DNA of 64,000 nucleotides from Pseudomonadota bacterium (lineage in GTDB: Bacteria > Desulfobacterota > Desulfobacteria > Desulfobacterales > JBDRRP01), in contig JBDRRP010000057.1 in the NCBI GenBank assembly GCA_043825735.1, forward strand, positions 1 to 64,000, read 5' to 3'. Position numbers and translations under genes: made by a program. The notes beneath the pieces are model-generated. The model was not told where the DNA came from and ran no database searches. It worked only from the letters and a program-made list of their open reading frames with translations. Of this stretch, positions 47,622 to 58,313 are shown in pieces; the stretch's first letter is position 1, and every line of letters begins with the position of its first letter.

Positions 47622-48635
47622 ATGAGCGCGGGCGTTGAAAAATGGCTGCCCCTCATCGATGGCATCTGGGGGCGCTATGACCCCTGGGCGTCGCTGGTGG
47701 TCTTTATGGCGGGCTCCGCGCTGATGATCTGGCGCCTGGGGGCGCTCGAGGGCAAGGGGTTCGAGGGGACGATCCTGGGCACCCTGATCATGCCCTACTG
47801 CAGCGGGCTGTCCAATCTCGTTTTTGCCTATGTTATGGGGCGTAGCAGCGGCAGCGGCGCGCTCGTACTGGAAAACTGCCTGGTCAACAACGTGACCAAC
47901 ATGACGCTTCTGGTGGGACTTCCGGCTGCGTTGTGGACGCTGGATCTGTTTCCCGGCGGTCGCGGCAATTCACGCAAGACATCCCGGCGAAAGGATCATC
48001 GCCTTAACCGGCTGTCCCTGCTGCTCACGATTACCGCCATGCTTTTTTTTACGGGCGTGACCTGGGCGCTGGCCCGCGACGGGGTGCTGGATTTCGCCGA
48101 CGGGCTGGTGCTGGTGGCGGTGTTTCTCTTCTGGCAGGTGTTTCACGTTTTCGATGTCCTGAAGACCAACCTGCAGCGCAATCGGACCATGTCGGCCGCA
48201 CTGGTGATTGACCTGCTGGCGATCCTGGCCGGCGGTGGCGCGGTGTATCTGGGCGTCGATCGGATGGTGGCCTGGGTGTCTTTCTCGGGCCGCGGCATCC
48301 TCGTATTCGACAATTTAGGCTGGTTGAGCGGCCTGCTCATGGTGCTGCCCAACGCGCTGCTGGCCTTCTGGTATGCCCGCGCCCGAAGGGCCGATGTGGT
48401 CTACAGCTCCCAGGTGGGCGACGGGCACATTTGCATTCCCATGTGTATTGGTCTGTTCGCCCTCTTCACACCCATCGCCGTTCCGGCGACATTTCTACCG
48501 GGCCTCCGGCTCATAGCGGCCGCCGGGGTCATCCACTTCAGCTTCCTTGCCCTCTTCGGCCGGCTGCCCCGATGGGCCGGGGCGCTGCTGGCGGGGGTCT
48601 ACTTTTTTTTCATCTACACGGGGTTCATCAAATAG
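47622..48635 (+). CDS. Na+/Ca2+ antiporter-like membrane protein
   Basis: About 10 TM segments with internal repeat (SGLSNL..NNVTN / VLPNA..GDGH). Confidence 0.7.
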   Translation: MSAGVEKWLPLIDGIWGRYDPWASLVVFMAGSALMIWRLGALEGKGFEGTILGTLIMPYCSGLSNLVFAYVMGRSSGSGALVLENCLVNNVTNMTLLVGLPAALWTLDLFPGGRGNSRKTSRRKDHRLNRLSLLLTITAMLFFTGVTWALARDGVLDFADGLVLVAVFLFWQVFHVFDVLKTNLQRNRTMSAALVIDLLAILAGGGAVYLGVDRMVAWVSFSGRGILVFDNLGWLSGLLMVLPNALLAFWYARARRADVVYSSQVGDGHICIPMCIGLFALFTPIAVPATFLPGLRLIAAAGVIHFSFLALFGRLPRWAGALLAGVYFFFIYTGFIK

Positions 48636-48651
48636 ACACCGGGACCGGCGT

Positions 48652-49473
48652 TTATGGTCGGTAATCGGTGGGCGCGTCCCAGACCGGTTCGGGATAGCGA
48701 TGGGCCGAGCGGTTGAGGCGGATACGCAGGATGGCCTTGTTGATGCCATCGATGACGGCCTCCGGTACGCTCTGGCTGCACATGAGGTATCGCGGGTTGC
48801 CCGGTGGTACATCCTGGAATTCAACGGTGTCAAAGTTCTCGGGATTCAGGCCGACGGCCCTGAGTGCCCCCGGGATGCCTTCCGGGGAAAGGATGAGGTA
48901 ATCGACGCGTCCGGCGTCCAGCATTTTCAGAAGCTGGGACAGGTTTCCGGTGACGCTCTCGATGGTCGAATGTCGATTGGCCATCATCCGGTCAACCACG
49001 CTGCCGTAAGAAAAGCCGCTGACCACACCCAGGGTCTGTGACATATCGGCCAACAGCGCGTCCATGCCCGCATAACCGGCAATGCGCGGGTGCTTGTCCC
49101 GTGTGGTGAGCACCACCAGGGGCCGGTCCTGATAGATGGGCAGGGTAAAGGACGCGAAGGCTAAGCGTTCGGCGGTTTTAAACCATCCGATGGAACACAC
49201 CGGTGTTGTGGCGGTCTGGATTTCGTTGATGATGCGCTTGACCGGTATTTTGACGAACGTTGCGCGCATGCCGGCCTCAGCCATGATGGTGCGGGTGCGC
49301 TCGACCAGCACACCCTGTGCCTCCCCCCGATAGGTGTAGTAATGCGGCGGCCGTTCAAAGTAGATGATCCGCAGCGGCGTTTCCGCCAGGGCCGTGCCGC
49401 TGCTCCCGGCAGCTGCGGCGATTGTCGCAAGGAGCATCATGGCGGCGATATGCAGGCCGGGTTTCATCATCAC
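48652..49473 (-). CDS. Periplasmic binding protein, family 3-like
   Basis: Signal peptide; RPP, WFKTAER, GFSYG, GRVDY. Confidence 0.82.
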   Translation of the reverse strand: MMMKPGLHIAAMMLLATIAAAAGSSGTALAETPLRIIYFERPPHYYTYRGEAQGVLVERTRTIMAEAGMRATFVKIPVKRIINEIQTATTPVCSIGWFKTAERLAFASFTLPIYQDRPLVVLTTRDKHPRIAGYAGMDALLADMSQTLGVVSGFSYGSVVDRMMANRHSTIESVTGNLSQLLKMLDAGRVDYLILSPEGIPGALRAVGLNPENFDTVEFQDVPPGNPRYLMCSQSVPEAVIDGINKAILRIRLNRSAHRYPEPVWDAPTDYRP

Positions 49474-49725
49474 TCACGCATCCCGATTATTGGGATCACT
49501 CGCGGACCGGGCCATGCGAAGCCCGTTCATGCTATCCCAATTTTTGTTGGCGCCTTCAGTGTTTTTTGAAAACGATGAGGGCGTCTGTGGCGGGGCCACC
49601 GACGTGACCGCTGCCATGAACAGATGCACGCTATTTGGCAGCGCGCTTGGTCAATGCTTTAGACCAGAATGGAAATATGGGCAATGAATTAAATGACCAT
49701 GGCAGGCAGAATGCCGACCCAGGGT

Positions 49726-50004
49726 TTACTCAGGCGGGTCGACCCTTGCCTTGGCCTGGGCAATGATTTCCAGAAGACTGGCGATTTTGGGGGCAGGGCG
49801 TGCCAGCCGCAGGCGCTCGAAAACTTCGGGCGGCAGGTTCTCGCGCATCAATAGCACCACATCGAAGCGCTCCCACCAGCAGTCGAAGATTTTAAAGCAC
49901 GGGTCGCTGCCGGCGTCGCCGCACCGGCAGTAGGCGAATGTCACCGGCCCGCCAAGCCGGGGACATCGCCGTTGCTGGTGATCGTGTTCAGTCCGCCGGT
50001 CCAT
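49726..50004 (-). CDS. Cys-containing hypothetical protein
   Basis: RCPRLGG..YC..PC..DCW; directly downstream of trpB2. Confidence 0.7.
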   Translation of the reverse strand: MDRRTEHDHQQRRCPRLGGPVTFAYCRCGDAGSDPCFKIFDCWWERFDVVLLMRENLPPEVFERLRLARPAPKIASLLEIIAQAKARVDPPE

Positions 50005-50012
50005 TATGGGCA

Positions 50013-51389
50013 CTATCGGCTTTTCAGGTGCGCCGGTTTGGGGTAGTTTTTAAGAATTTCTCCGGCCGCGGCCACGTCTTCGTCGGTCATGACAGCGTCG
50101 ACGAGTTCACCGGCCAGGTATTTTTCATAGGACCCCAGATCCAGAAGCCCATGACCGCTGAAATTGGCCAGGATGACCTTCTCCTTGCCTTCCTCCTTGG
50201 ACTTCTTGGCTTCGATGATGACCTGGGCCAGGGCGTGAGTGGTCTCCGGTGCCGGGATGATGCCCTCGGTGCGGGCCCACAGAATGCCGCTTGCCAGGGC
50301 CTGGGATTGGGTGACCGATTTGGGCGTGGCCAGGCCTTCATCGACCACCTGGCTCACCGTGGGAGCCATGCCGTGGTAGCGCAGACCGCCGGCGTGGATG
50401 GGCGGCGGCACGAAGGTGTGTCCCAGGCTGTGCATGGGCAGCAGCGGCGTGTAGCCGGAGTTGTCGCCGTGGTCGTAGGCGAACGGCGCCCGGGTCAGGG
50501 TCGGGCAGGCCGCCGGCTCCACCGGGTAGATCTCGATCTCTTTGCCGTGAAGCTTGTCGTAGACGAAGGGGAAGGCCAGGCCGGCGAAATTGCTGCCGCC
50601 GCCGGCGCAGGCGATGACGATGTCCGGGTATTCATCGACCATGGCCATTTGCTTCTTTGCTTCCAGCCCGATGATGGTCTGATGGAGGATGACGTGGTTG
50701 AGCACGCTGCCCAGCGAGTAGCGGGTCTTTCCGGAAGTGTCGCTCACCGCCGCCTCCACGGCTTCACTGATGGCGATGCCGAGGCTGCCCGGCGTGTCAG
50801 GAAATTTGGCCAAAACTTCTCTGCCCGCGTTGGTCTCGGTACTTGGGCTGGGAATGCACTTGCCGCCCCAGGCTTCCATCATGGCTTTGCGGTAGGGTTT
50901 TTGTTCGAAACTGACCCGCACCATGAACACCTTGCACTCGATACCGAACTGCTGGCAGGCGAAGCTGAGAGCGCTGCCCCATTGGCCGGCGCCGGTTTCG
51001 GTGGTGAGCCGTTCGATACCGAAGACTTTGTTATAATAGGCCTGCGGGACCGCGGTGTTGGGCTTGTGACTGCCCGGGGGGCTGACGCCTTCGTTCTTGT
51101 AGTAAATGCGGGCCGGCGTTCCCAGGGCTTTTTCAAGCGCATAGGCGCGCACCAGGGGGCTGGGGCGCCAGATTTTCAAAACGTCCAGCACCGGCTCGGG
51201 GATATCGATCCATCGCTCGGTGCTGACCTCCTGCTCGATAAGGTTCATGGGAAAGACCGGCTGCAGCGCCTCGGGGGAAACCGGTTTGCCGTCGGGGCCC
51301 AGTGGCGGGTTCATTTTGATGTCGGCCAGGATGTTGTACCATTGCCGGGGCATCTGATCCAACGGCAGCAGGATGTTTTTCGGGATCAT
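50013..51389 (-). CDS. trpB2: TrpB2-type tryptophan synthase beta-like PLP enzyme
   Basis: [37 protein letters not shown]. Confidence 0.93.
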   Translation of the reverse strand: MIPKNILLPLDQMPRQWYNILADIKMNPPLGPDGKPVSPEALQPVFPMNLIEQEVSTERWIDIPEPVLDVLKIWRPSPLVRAYALEKALGTPARIYYKNEGVSPPGSHKPNTAVPQAYYNKVFGIERLTTETGAGQWGSALSFACQQFGIECKVFMVRVSFEQKPYRKAMMEAWGGKCIPSPSTETNAGREVLAKFPDTPGSLGIAISEAVEAAVSDTSGKTRYSLGSVLNHVILHQTIIGLEAKKQMAMVDEYPDIVIACAGGGSNFAGLAFPFVYDKLHGKEIEIYPVEPAACPTLTRAPFAYDHGDNSGYTPLLPMHSLGHTFVPPPIHAGGLRYHGMAPTVSQVVDEGLATPKSVTQSQALASGILWARTEGIIPAPETTHALAQVIIEAKKSKEEGKEKVILANFSGHGLLDLGSYEKYLAGELVDAVMTDEDVAAAGEILKNYPKPAHLKSR

Positions 51390-51423
51390 ATCGGTCCTCC
51401 TTGGCAGAGATTGAGTGAGTTGC

Positions 51424-51458
51424 TAAAAAAAAGGCCCACCGCGGGTACGGGGGGCTTG
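51424..51458 (-). terminator. Terminator-like hairpin in the trpB2 5' leader
   Basis: Minus strand AAGCCCCCG..CGGTGGGCC followed by T8, about 35 nt before the start codon. Confidence 0.5.
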
Positions 51459-51761
51459 ATCATTGATTGCGGTAAAAACAAGCGGATGCCGGCGATACGA
51501 TCCTGCCTGAAAGCGGCGTCACCGCCGGCACGACTTCGGTTGCTCACAAACTGGTTGCCGCCCATGTCATCATGTGGCCATTCCTACGGTAGAAACTCGC
51601 GCGCTGTCAACACAAATCAACGCGCTGTCAGCGGTGTCGGTTGACATTCACAGTTGGCCATTGTGAGATACGGCATCAGCGAATTTCGCAAGATGGACGC
51701 CGGGCGCTCGTGCCAGTCGCTGCGATTTAACCTTCACGATGGTGAAAAAGGATAGCCGCTC

Positions 51762-52847
51762 ATGGAAGAGATACTTGCGCTCACCCAGGACCTGATCCGG
51801 TTTCAGTCGGTGCATGCCCGACCGGAAGAAATCCATCGATGTGCTGCCTTCCTCGCCCGGTGGCTGGCGGAAAATGACCTGCCCTGCCGGCGATGGCTGG
51901 TCAATGGCGTGCCGTCTCTGGCGGTGCTGCCCGAAACCGGCACGCTGCCGGTGCTGCTCATGAGCCACATCGACGTGGTGGACGCTCCGGCGGCGCTGTT
52001 TTCCCCGCGAGTGGAAGGCGGCCGTCTCTACGGGCGCGGCGCCATTGACGACAAGTACGCGGTGGCCCTCTCCATGGTGCTGTGCCGGGAGCAGTGGCGG
52101 CGGGCGCGCAGCGATGCACGGCCGGCGCTGGTGGGCCTGCTCATCACCGGAGACGAGGAAGTGGGGGGGCACAACGGCGCCAAGCCGGCACTGGCCGAGA
52201 TCCGGCCCGGTTTCTGTATCGCCCTGGACGGTGGGCGTGTCGACAAGATCGTCACTCGGGAAAAAGGCCTGATCAAGATGCGGTTGGTGGCCCGGGGCCG
52301 GGCGGCCCACGGCGCAAGGCCCTGGATGGGGGAAAACGCCATCGATCTGCTCATCGACGACTATCTGAAGATTAAGGCCTACTTTGGCAAGACGACTGCC
52401 GATCACTGGCACCGGACGCTGAATTTCGGTCTGCTCCGGTCCGGCGAATCCCACAACCAGGTGCCGGACCGGGCCGAGGGGGTGCTGGACATCCGCTATA
52501 CCGAAGAAGACGATGTCGAGCGTCTGCTGGATACCATTCGGCGGCAGGTGACCTCGGAAGTGACCGTGGAAATGCTGGAACCCATGTTTGTGAGCACGCC
52601 ATCAGTTTATCAGGACATGCTGGTCGCCGCTTCCGGAGGTGCCTCCGTGGGATTCGCCCACGGTGCCAGTGATGCCCGTTTTCTGGGTGATCTGGGGATT
52701 CCCGGCGTTATCTGGGGGGCCGACGGAGAATACAGCCAGCACTCCTCTCAGGAGCATGTGGTCATCGACAGCGTCCATCGTCTCTACGGCCTTCTGGATG
52801 GCTTTTTCGATGCGCTGGGTGAGGGTGGCAACGGTCCGGGCGGATGA
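51762..52847 (+). CDS. M20 family metallohydrolase (ArgE/DapE-like)
   Basis: SHIDVV, GRGAIDDK, DEEVGG, AHG, SDAR. Confidence 0.92.
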   Translation: MEEILALTQDLIRFQSVHARPEEIHRCAAFLARWLAENDLPCRRWLVNGVPSLAVLPETGTLPVLLMSHIDVVDAPAALFSPRVEGGRLYGRGAIDDKYAVALSMVLCREQWRRARSDARPALVGLLITGDEEVGGHNGAKPALAEIRPGFCIALDGGRVDKIVTREKGLIKMRLVARGRAAHGARPWMGENAIDLLIDDYLKIKAYFGKTTADHWHRTLNFGLLRSGESHNQVPDRAEGVLDIRYTEEDDVERLLDTIRRQVTSEVTVEMLEPMFVSTPSVYQDMLVAASGGASVGFAHGASDARFLGDLGIPGVIWGADGEYSQHSSQEHVVIDSVHRLYGLLDGFFDALGEGGNGPGG

Positions 52848-52880
52848 GGGCGCCGCCGGCGGCGGCGACACCGGCGGGCG

Positions 52881-54107
52881 TCATCCCCCCCGCCGACCCG
52901 ATACCCAAAACCAGATCATGGCTGCCGCCTGAAGCGCCAGCATGACGCCAAAAGCCGCCAGGTAGCCTTCGGTGGCATACACCCCGGCGGCGCGATGGGG
53001 CCACCACTGGATAATGGCACCGATGCCCCACTGGCAGATGAAGGCGGCCACGAAGACCAGCAGATTGATGCCGGTGTTGACCCGCCCGGCCAGGGCGGGG
53101 GGGAACTGCTGGCTCAATGCGGCATAGGAGAGAATTCCGGACGTACCGAAAAATCCGAAGGCCATCCATTGCACGGCCGCCGGCAGCGGGGGGCGCAGCA
53201 GTAACAGCGCCTGGACGGTCATGAACAGCAGCATGCCGCCCACCGGCGCCGAATGCGGGCGCTGGCCGCTGCGGTTGACGCGCGATGACACCATTCCCAG
53301 CGTCAGAAACCCTGCCACCATTGCCACGGCCACCAGGAGCAGGATCTTCGCGGCGGCCATGCGTTCCAGCCCCATCACATCCCTGAGCCACGGTCCGGCC
53401 CACAGCCCTTGAATTGAGAGAAAGGCCGCCTGGCTCATCACCGTCACCGGCGTGATGCGCCAGAACCGCGCATCGCTGAATACCGCGGCAATTCCCGCCG
53501 CGGATTCTTTCAAGGATGCGCCGGAGGCCGCCGGCGGTTTTTTCGGGACCACCACAAATACGGCGATGCCAACTGCGGCGGTCGTCACGGCCAGCCCTCC
53601 AAAAAGCCCCCGCCAGTCGGTGACGGTGAGCAGGGCCTCCACCGGCGCCGTGGCGGCCAGGGCCCCCATGCCGCCGGCCGCCATCTGGATGCCGTTGACC
53701 AGCGGCAGCCGGTGGCGTGGAAACCAGGTCACGAATGCGGTGAATGCCGCCATGAGACAGGCGGATACGCCAAACCCGATGAGGGCCCGGCCGATGATAA
53801 GACCGGTGAGATCATGGGCCCGTGAAAACCACCAGGCCCCCATGGCGGCCACCAGCAGCAGCAGGCCTTCGATGCGCCGTGGGCCAAAGCGGTCCAGCAG
53901 TACGCCCAACGGCAGTTGGGCGGCGGCGAAGCTGATGAAGTAGGCGGCGGTAAGCAGCCCGAGGCTGGACGGATTCAGCGCCAGTTCGGACACCAGATCC
54001 GGGGAGATGACGGCATTGACCACGCGATAGAGATAAGAGATGAAATAGCCGGCGGCAAAAGGCAAAAAGATGCGCAGCATGATCAGCGGAGAACGGGTGA
54101 TGGGCAT
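52881..54107 (-). CDS. MFS transporter
   Basis: GVLLDRFGPRR motif A; about 12 TM segments. Confidence 0.92.
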   Translation of the reverse strand: MPITRSPLIMLRIFLPFAAGYFISYLYRVVNAVISPDLVSELALNPSSLGLLTAAYFISFAAAQLPLGVLLDRFGPRRIEGLLLLVAAMGAWWFSRAHDLTGLIIGRALIGFGVSACLMAAFTAFVTWFPRHRLPLVNGIQMAAGGMGALAATAPVEALLTVTDWRGLFGGLAVTTAAVGIAVFVVVPKKPPAASGASLKESAAGIAAVFSDARFWRITPVTVMSQAAFLSIQGLWAGPWLRDVMGLERMAAAKILLLVAVAMVAGFLTLGMVSSRVNRSGQRPHSAPVGGMLLFMTVQALLLLRPPLPAAVQWMAFGFFGTSGILSYAALSQQFPPALAGRVNTGINLLVFVAAFICQWGIGAIIQWWPHRAAGVYATEGYLAAFGVMLALQAAAMIWFWVSGRRGG

Positions 54108-54437
54108 TTGCGCAGCGTCTTTCCGGAGGTTCGGGGTGCGGTTCGGGATCCGATGCTCGCCCCATGAATAAGTAAAAAGCCGCCACGGGTCAAGCCATCG
54201 TCCGTTTTGTTTTTCACAGCTTATTCTTGTGGGCATTTCCCGCAGCCAACCTTCTTGACAAATGCCGCAATAGTCCTCAAGGTGTACCCATGGGTTCATC
54301 GATATTTTCCCCATCACCAATCCCCAATCCAATTGAAGGAGGTGCCATAGCCGGACAGTAGTGGTCCGACAGCGGACAGGTGCGTTTTACGGCGCTCACC
54401 CGAAGTGAGCCCATCCGAAGCAAAGGGAGGACGCTAT

Positions 54438-54785
54438 ATGAAGACGGTGGTGACTTTCAAGAACATCAAATCCTCCGAGCCACTCAGAGAGTATGTCCAC
54501 GAAAAATTGAGCCGATTTGATCGCCTGCTGGATAAACCCGCCACGGCATCAGTGGTTTTCCACAAGGAAAAAATCGAAAAAGTCGTCGAAATCAGCTTCA
54601 GTTCAGGACCGCTGGAGCTTCATGCCAAAGAATCCCACGCGGAAATGCAGGGTGCCATTGATCTGGCCCTGGACAAACTCAAAAAACAACTCACCAGCGC
54701 CAAGGAAAAAGCCCGTTCCAAGCGTTCCCGCGCTCAAAGCAAGTCACTCGGGGAGCGATTTGTTTCGGAAGATATGGAAGCATGA
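54438..54785 (+). CDS. hpf: Ribosome hibernation factor HPF/RaiA (short form)
   Basis: TFKNIKSSEPLREYVHEKL..AIDLALDKLKKQL; RBS GGGAGG. Confidence 0.88.
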   Translation: MKTVVTFKNIKSSEPLREYVHEKLSRFDRLLDKPATASVVFHKEKIEKVVEISFSSGPLELHAKESHAEMQGAIDLALDKLKKQLTSAKEKARSKRSRAQSKSLGERFVSEDMEA

Positions 54786-54826
54786 TTTCCCGGGTGGGAA
54801 ATCATTTGAAATAGAATGGAAATGAC

Positions 54827-54854
54827 ATCAGGGGCGGCAATAGCCGCCCCTGAT
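54827..54854. terminator. Perfect hairpin between convergent genes
   Basis: ATCAGGGGCGGC-AATA-GCCGCCCCTGAT. Confidence 0.65.
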
Positions 54855-54899
54855 CTCGTTCGGGGGGTGCAAAATCCCCTGAATGGTGCGGGTGTTCGG

Positions 54900-55175
54900 T
54901 TACCGTGCCCGGTGGCTGCTTGTTTTGGATAACCGCTTGCCTTCGGTGCTGTCATGGGGGCATTGACCGGTGGGTGAATCAGGACTGGGCGGCGTTCGGG
55001 GGAAAGCCACCGGCCCTTCGGCGCCGGTCCGGCGGCATTGGCACAGGCCGTCGGTGCGGCCGCAGCTCGAAGGCGCCTGGCCACGGCCGCCGCGTCGTCC
55101 GCGAAGCAGAAGCACGCCGATAAACAGCGAGAAAACGACGACGCCGGCCAGTGTCGCGATGATGAGGTTTCCCAT
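54900..55175 (-). CDS. Small membrane protein with Cys-containing tail
   Basis: One TM segment then SSCG..CQC; RBS GGAG. Confidence 0.5.
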   Translation of the reverse strand: MGNLIIATLAGVVVFSLFIGVLLLRGRRGGRGQAPSSCGRTDGLCQCRRTGAEGPVAFPRTPPSPDSPTGQCPHDSTEGKRLSKTSSHRAR

Positions 55176-55291
55176 GGGCTTTCTCCGGTGCTGCCCGCGC
55201 TGGCGGTGTTACAGAGGCGCTGACCGCGGCCGTCAGCGTCCATACCGGAACTCTATCCAATGACCGCTGCTTGTCAACCCCGCCGCAGCGA

Positions 55292-56578
55292 TCAGAACTT
55301 GACGAACTCCACCCGCCGGTTGTTGGCCCGGCCTTCCAGGGTCGTGTTGCTGTCGATCGGCTTGGAATCGCCGAATCCTGCCGTCTTCGTCCTGTCTGGT
55401 GTCACCCCTTTGCCCTCCAGCCACGTTTTGACAGCCGCCGCTCGTTTTTCCGACAATGGCTGGTTGATTCCGGCGCCCCCCTGGTTGTCGGTGTGCCCCT
55501 CGATGGAAAACTTCAATTCAGGGTTGTCATTGAGCAGGGCGAGTATCATTTTCAGGGTCGGCAGCGACTCTGGCTTGAGCGCCTCTTTTCCTGTGTCAAA
55601 GAGTATGCCGTGGGTGACGATCTTGCCGTCGGTGTCAAGCGCCGACTTTACTTCCTTGCCCCCTTCGGCAAGCCTGAAATTGGAAAACATGAGCTTGTCT
55701 GACTTGAAATTGTTTGGCGTCAGCAGTTGCAGCCCGACCTGCTTGATCGGCCGTTTGACCCCGTCCGGGTCGTTGATCACCCGCTGATTGTCGATATAGG
55801 CCTTGATGAAAGAGCCGTTGACGCTGATCGCGACATGGTGGACCTTTCCGTCGTTCAGTTCCAATTTCGTGGCGGTGTTGGCGGAAATGTTATCCCGCCC
55901 CGATATGAGCACGGTGTTCGGGCCGCTGTTACCGAAGAGCTCGATTTTTTTATCACCCGGTACCAGCAGGAGTTTGTAGGATATGCTGTACACCGGCGAG
56001 TTGTTGATCGACGAAAACACCGCATCGAATTCGATGGTGAATTTTTCGGGAAAATTTCCCTTTGGGTCCAGGCGGATATACTGTGTTGCGGGCCGCTGGC
56101 TGTTTGCCCCCGGCACCGAGCGCAGAAAACGTTTGCCCTGATATTCCACGACTTCAATCGTATTGTTGGCATTCGGCTTCGGCCCTTCCAACGTCCACTT
56201 TCTTGGGAACTCACCCACATCGGTATCGCTGAAGTCATCGAAGAAGATCATCTTGTCGCCGGGGATGAAATCGAATTTGGTGTAAACCTTTTCCGCCGCT
56301 TCGATGGAAAGCGTGTCCGGGGGAGTGGATTCGCTCTCCCGTGCTACCTGCTGCGTCGATCCGGACGGCTGGTTCGCGGGTTTATCGGTGGTATCCCCTT
56401 TGACGGCATCCTTTAACCCCTTCTTGGTCGCGTCGTAGGCGCTGTTGCCTGCATCGTTCGCCGCCTGTCCTCCCAACCGCTTGCCGACCCCTTGGAGGGT
56501 GTTGTCCAGCCAGCCAGCGCGACAAAGACCGGCACCGGCGAACAGCAAAAATAGCACCAGGATCATTTTCGATTTCAT
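55292..56578 (-). CDS. OmpA-family exported protein
   Basis: Signal peptide; C-terminal ILFDTG..GHTD..LSEKRA..GRANNRRVEF. Confidence 0.92.
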   Translation of the reverse strand: MKSKMILVLFLLFAGAGLCRAGWLDNTLQGVGKRLGGQAANDAGNSAYDATKKGLKDAVKGDTTDKPANQPSGSTQQVARESESTPPDTLSIEAAEKVYTKFDFIPGDKMIFFDDFSDTDVGEFPRKWTLEGPKPNANNTIEVVEYQGKRFLRSVPGANSQRPATQYIRLDPKGNFPEKFTIEFDAVFSSINNSPVYSISYKLLLVPGDKKIELFGNSGPNTVLISGRDNISANTATKLELNDGKVHHVAISVNGSFIKAYIDNQRVINDPDGVKRPIKQVGLQLLTPNNFKSDKLMFSNFRLAEGGKEVKSALDTDGKIVTHGILFDTGKEALKPESLPTLKMILALLNDNPELKFSIEGHTDNQGGAGINQPLSEKRAAAVKTWLEGKGVTPDRTKTAGFGDSKPIDSNTTLEGRANNRRVEFVKF

Positions 56579-56633
56579 AAGTCCCCCTTTTAAAAAGATG
56601 ATTTTCTGACCTCCCGCGATACAGTTGCACTGG

Positions 56634-57509
56634 TCATGGCAGCAACGATTTGAGCTTTTCCAGATCGATCTTGGCCATAAACGCTTTCACGCTGTCCTTC
56701 CTGTCTTTGGCCCCGGTGACAACGAGTGCCATCCCCCGGGCTTTTGTCGGAACACCGAGATTCGCGTTGCGCAGATTGTACCGTGTTGAACCGCTGATCC
56801 GTTTTTCCTTGTCGAAGGTCCCGAGAAGGACGGTGATACAATACGTCCCGGAATCTTGACACTGGTCATCCTGCTCGAAAGCCATCGGCGCCCCATTTAC
56901 AGGGATTGGCTTCGCGATGTCATAGACATGCACGTCCTGGTTGACAAAAACACCGATAGAGAACTCCTTCGGGGGAAGTGTTTTGTCGATGCTTTGGTTC
57001 GCATCTGTCGCCGCCCCCGAGCGGATCCCGGCGGCGATTTCATTGGTCAGGGCGTTTTCTTCAGCGTTGATTTTCTTCAGCTCCGCCCTGATTTTTTCCT
57101 TCTCCGCCGGATCCCGGGTGCCCTTGCGGGCCGCCTTCAATTCCGTGGACCTGGCGGCGAGCGCGCTTTGTCTGGCCTGCTGTTCGGGGGTCCCTTTGAT
57201 CTGGTTCATTAGCGCGGCTTGCTGCCGTGCCGCTTTGACCTCCGGGTTCAGCGTATACAGGGTTTTAAATGACATGGATGCCATGCGATCCGGGGTGATC
57301 ACCTCAGACACTTCTTTTCTGTCGAATCCGGCGTAATCCGACGAATAGTCTGCCGGAGCTGTTGGCAGGGCGGCACGAATCGTTTTTTGCAGTGTGTTGA
57401 ACGCCGCCGATTCGGCCGTGTTCATCGGGCGCATCGGACCGTCGCCATCGGCTAAAACCAGGGATGCGGTGAACACACAATAGATGGCCATGATGAGGAG
57501 TCGCTTCAT
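56634..57509 (-). CDS. Exported hypothetical protein
   Basis: Signal peptide (VLA-D), central coiled coil. Confidence 0.8.
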   Translation of the reverse strand: MKRLLIMAIYCVFTASLVLADGDGPMRPMNTAESAAFNTLQKTIRAALPTAPADYSSDYAGFDRKEVSEVITPDRMASMSFKTLYTLNPEVKAARQQAALMNQIKGTPEQQARQSALAARSTELKAARKGTRDPAEKEKIRAELKKINAEENALTNEIAAGIRSGAATDANQSIDKTLPPKEFSIGVFVNQDVHVYDIAKPIPVNGAPMAFEQDDQCQDSGTYCITVLLGTFDKEKRISGSTRYNLRNANLGVPTKARGMALVVTGAKDRKDSVKAFMAKIDLEKLKSLLP

Positions 57510-57929
57510 TACTCAAGTCCTTTCAGCATCGACAGCAGGTTGCGCAACCGCTCGGGGTCCAGTGCAGATCGATCGACATGATTTTGCTCGGATGGGTGTT
57601 CCGCTATGGGCGCTGCAATCTGGACGGTATTTTGACTAGTGCACCAATGTCGCGGTTCTCTTGCCGGAAAACCGCGGGATCAATGCGTGTTACGAGGGCG
57701 GGCAGTTTGCCAGCATGGTCAGCGGGGTCGCAGGATTTTTTAACAGAAACCTTCTAAATGGAAACCAGCGCGGCGGAAAAGGAAAAAATGGGGTATGGTG
57801 AAAGGGATGCGGCAGTTTCGTTGGCAAGGCAATTTTCTTTCTACAGAGTCCTTCGGCAGCGCCACTGAAAACTACAAAACTGTCACCAACCGGTTATCAG
57901 TGCGCGAAATTAACATAGCCGTGATCTTC

Positions 57930-57944
57930 TGGCAAGGTAATTGC
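57930..57944 (+). promoter_or_regulatory. Candidate sigma54 promoter
   Basis: TGGCAA-GGTAA-TTGC; about 370 bp upstream of the next + strand gene. Confidence 0.45.
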
Positions 57945-58313
57945 CGTTAATGCCTGATGGGCGATACGCCGCTTTGGCATTTCAATTCGGTTGCGATGCC
58001 CCGAGGCGTAGGAAATGCGTAAATGAAAGGGAAAATGGGGGTCAAATTGGAGGCTACACCGGAAAAGTATCACTTTGGTGGTCGTTTCGCCAGATCGCTC
58101 TCCAGTCCAGATCCGGAATTACATTGACGTAGTTTTGGTGAGGCGGTATTTTACAAATCGCTTCACACCCATCTATTTTCACCAAGGACGTAAACATTCA
58201 TTCGTATATAAGGTCTCCCTTCCTAACAGTAGAATCGTTATACGAAACTTTTCTCGTATAAACCGGTTGGGATGCAGATCGAGAACAGTGAAACAAATTG
58301 CAGGAGGAACCGC

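Noticed and set aside
57640..57740. c-di-GMP-I riboswitch
   Set aside because: Only a partial 3'-like segment; the GCAAAC..GAAA..GACGCAAA core is missing
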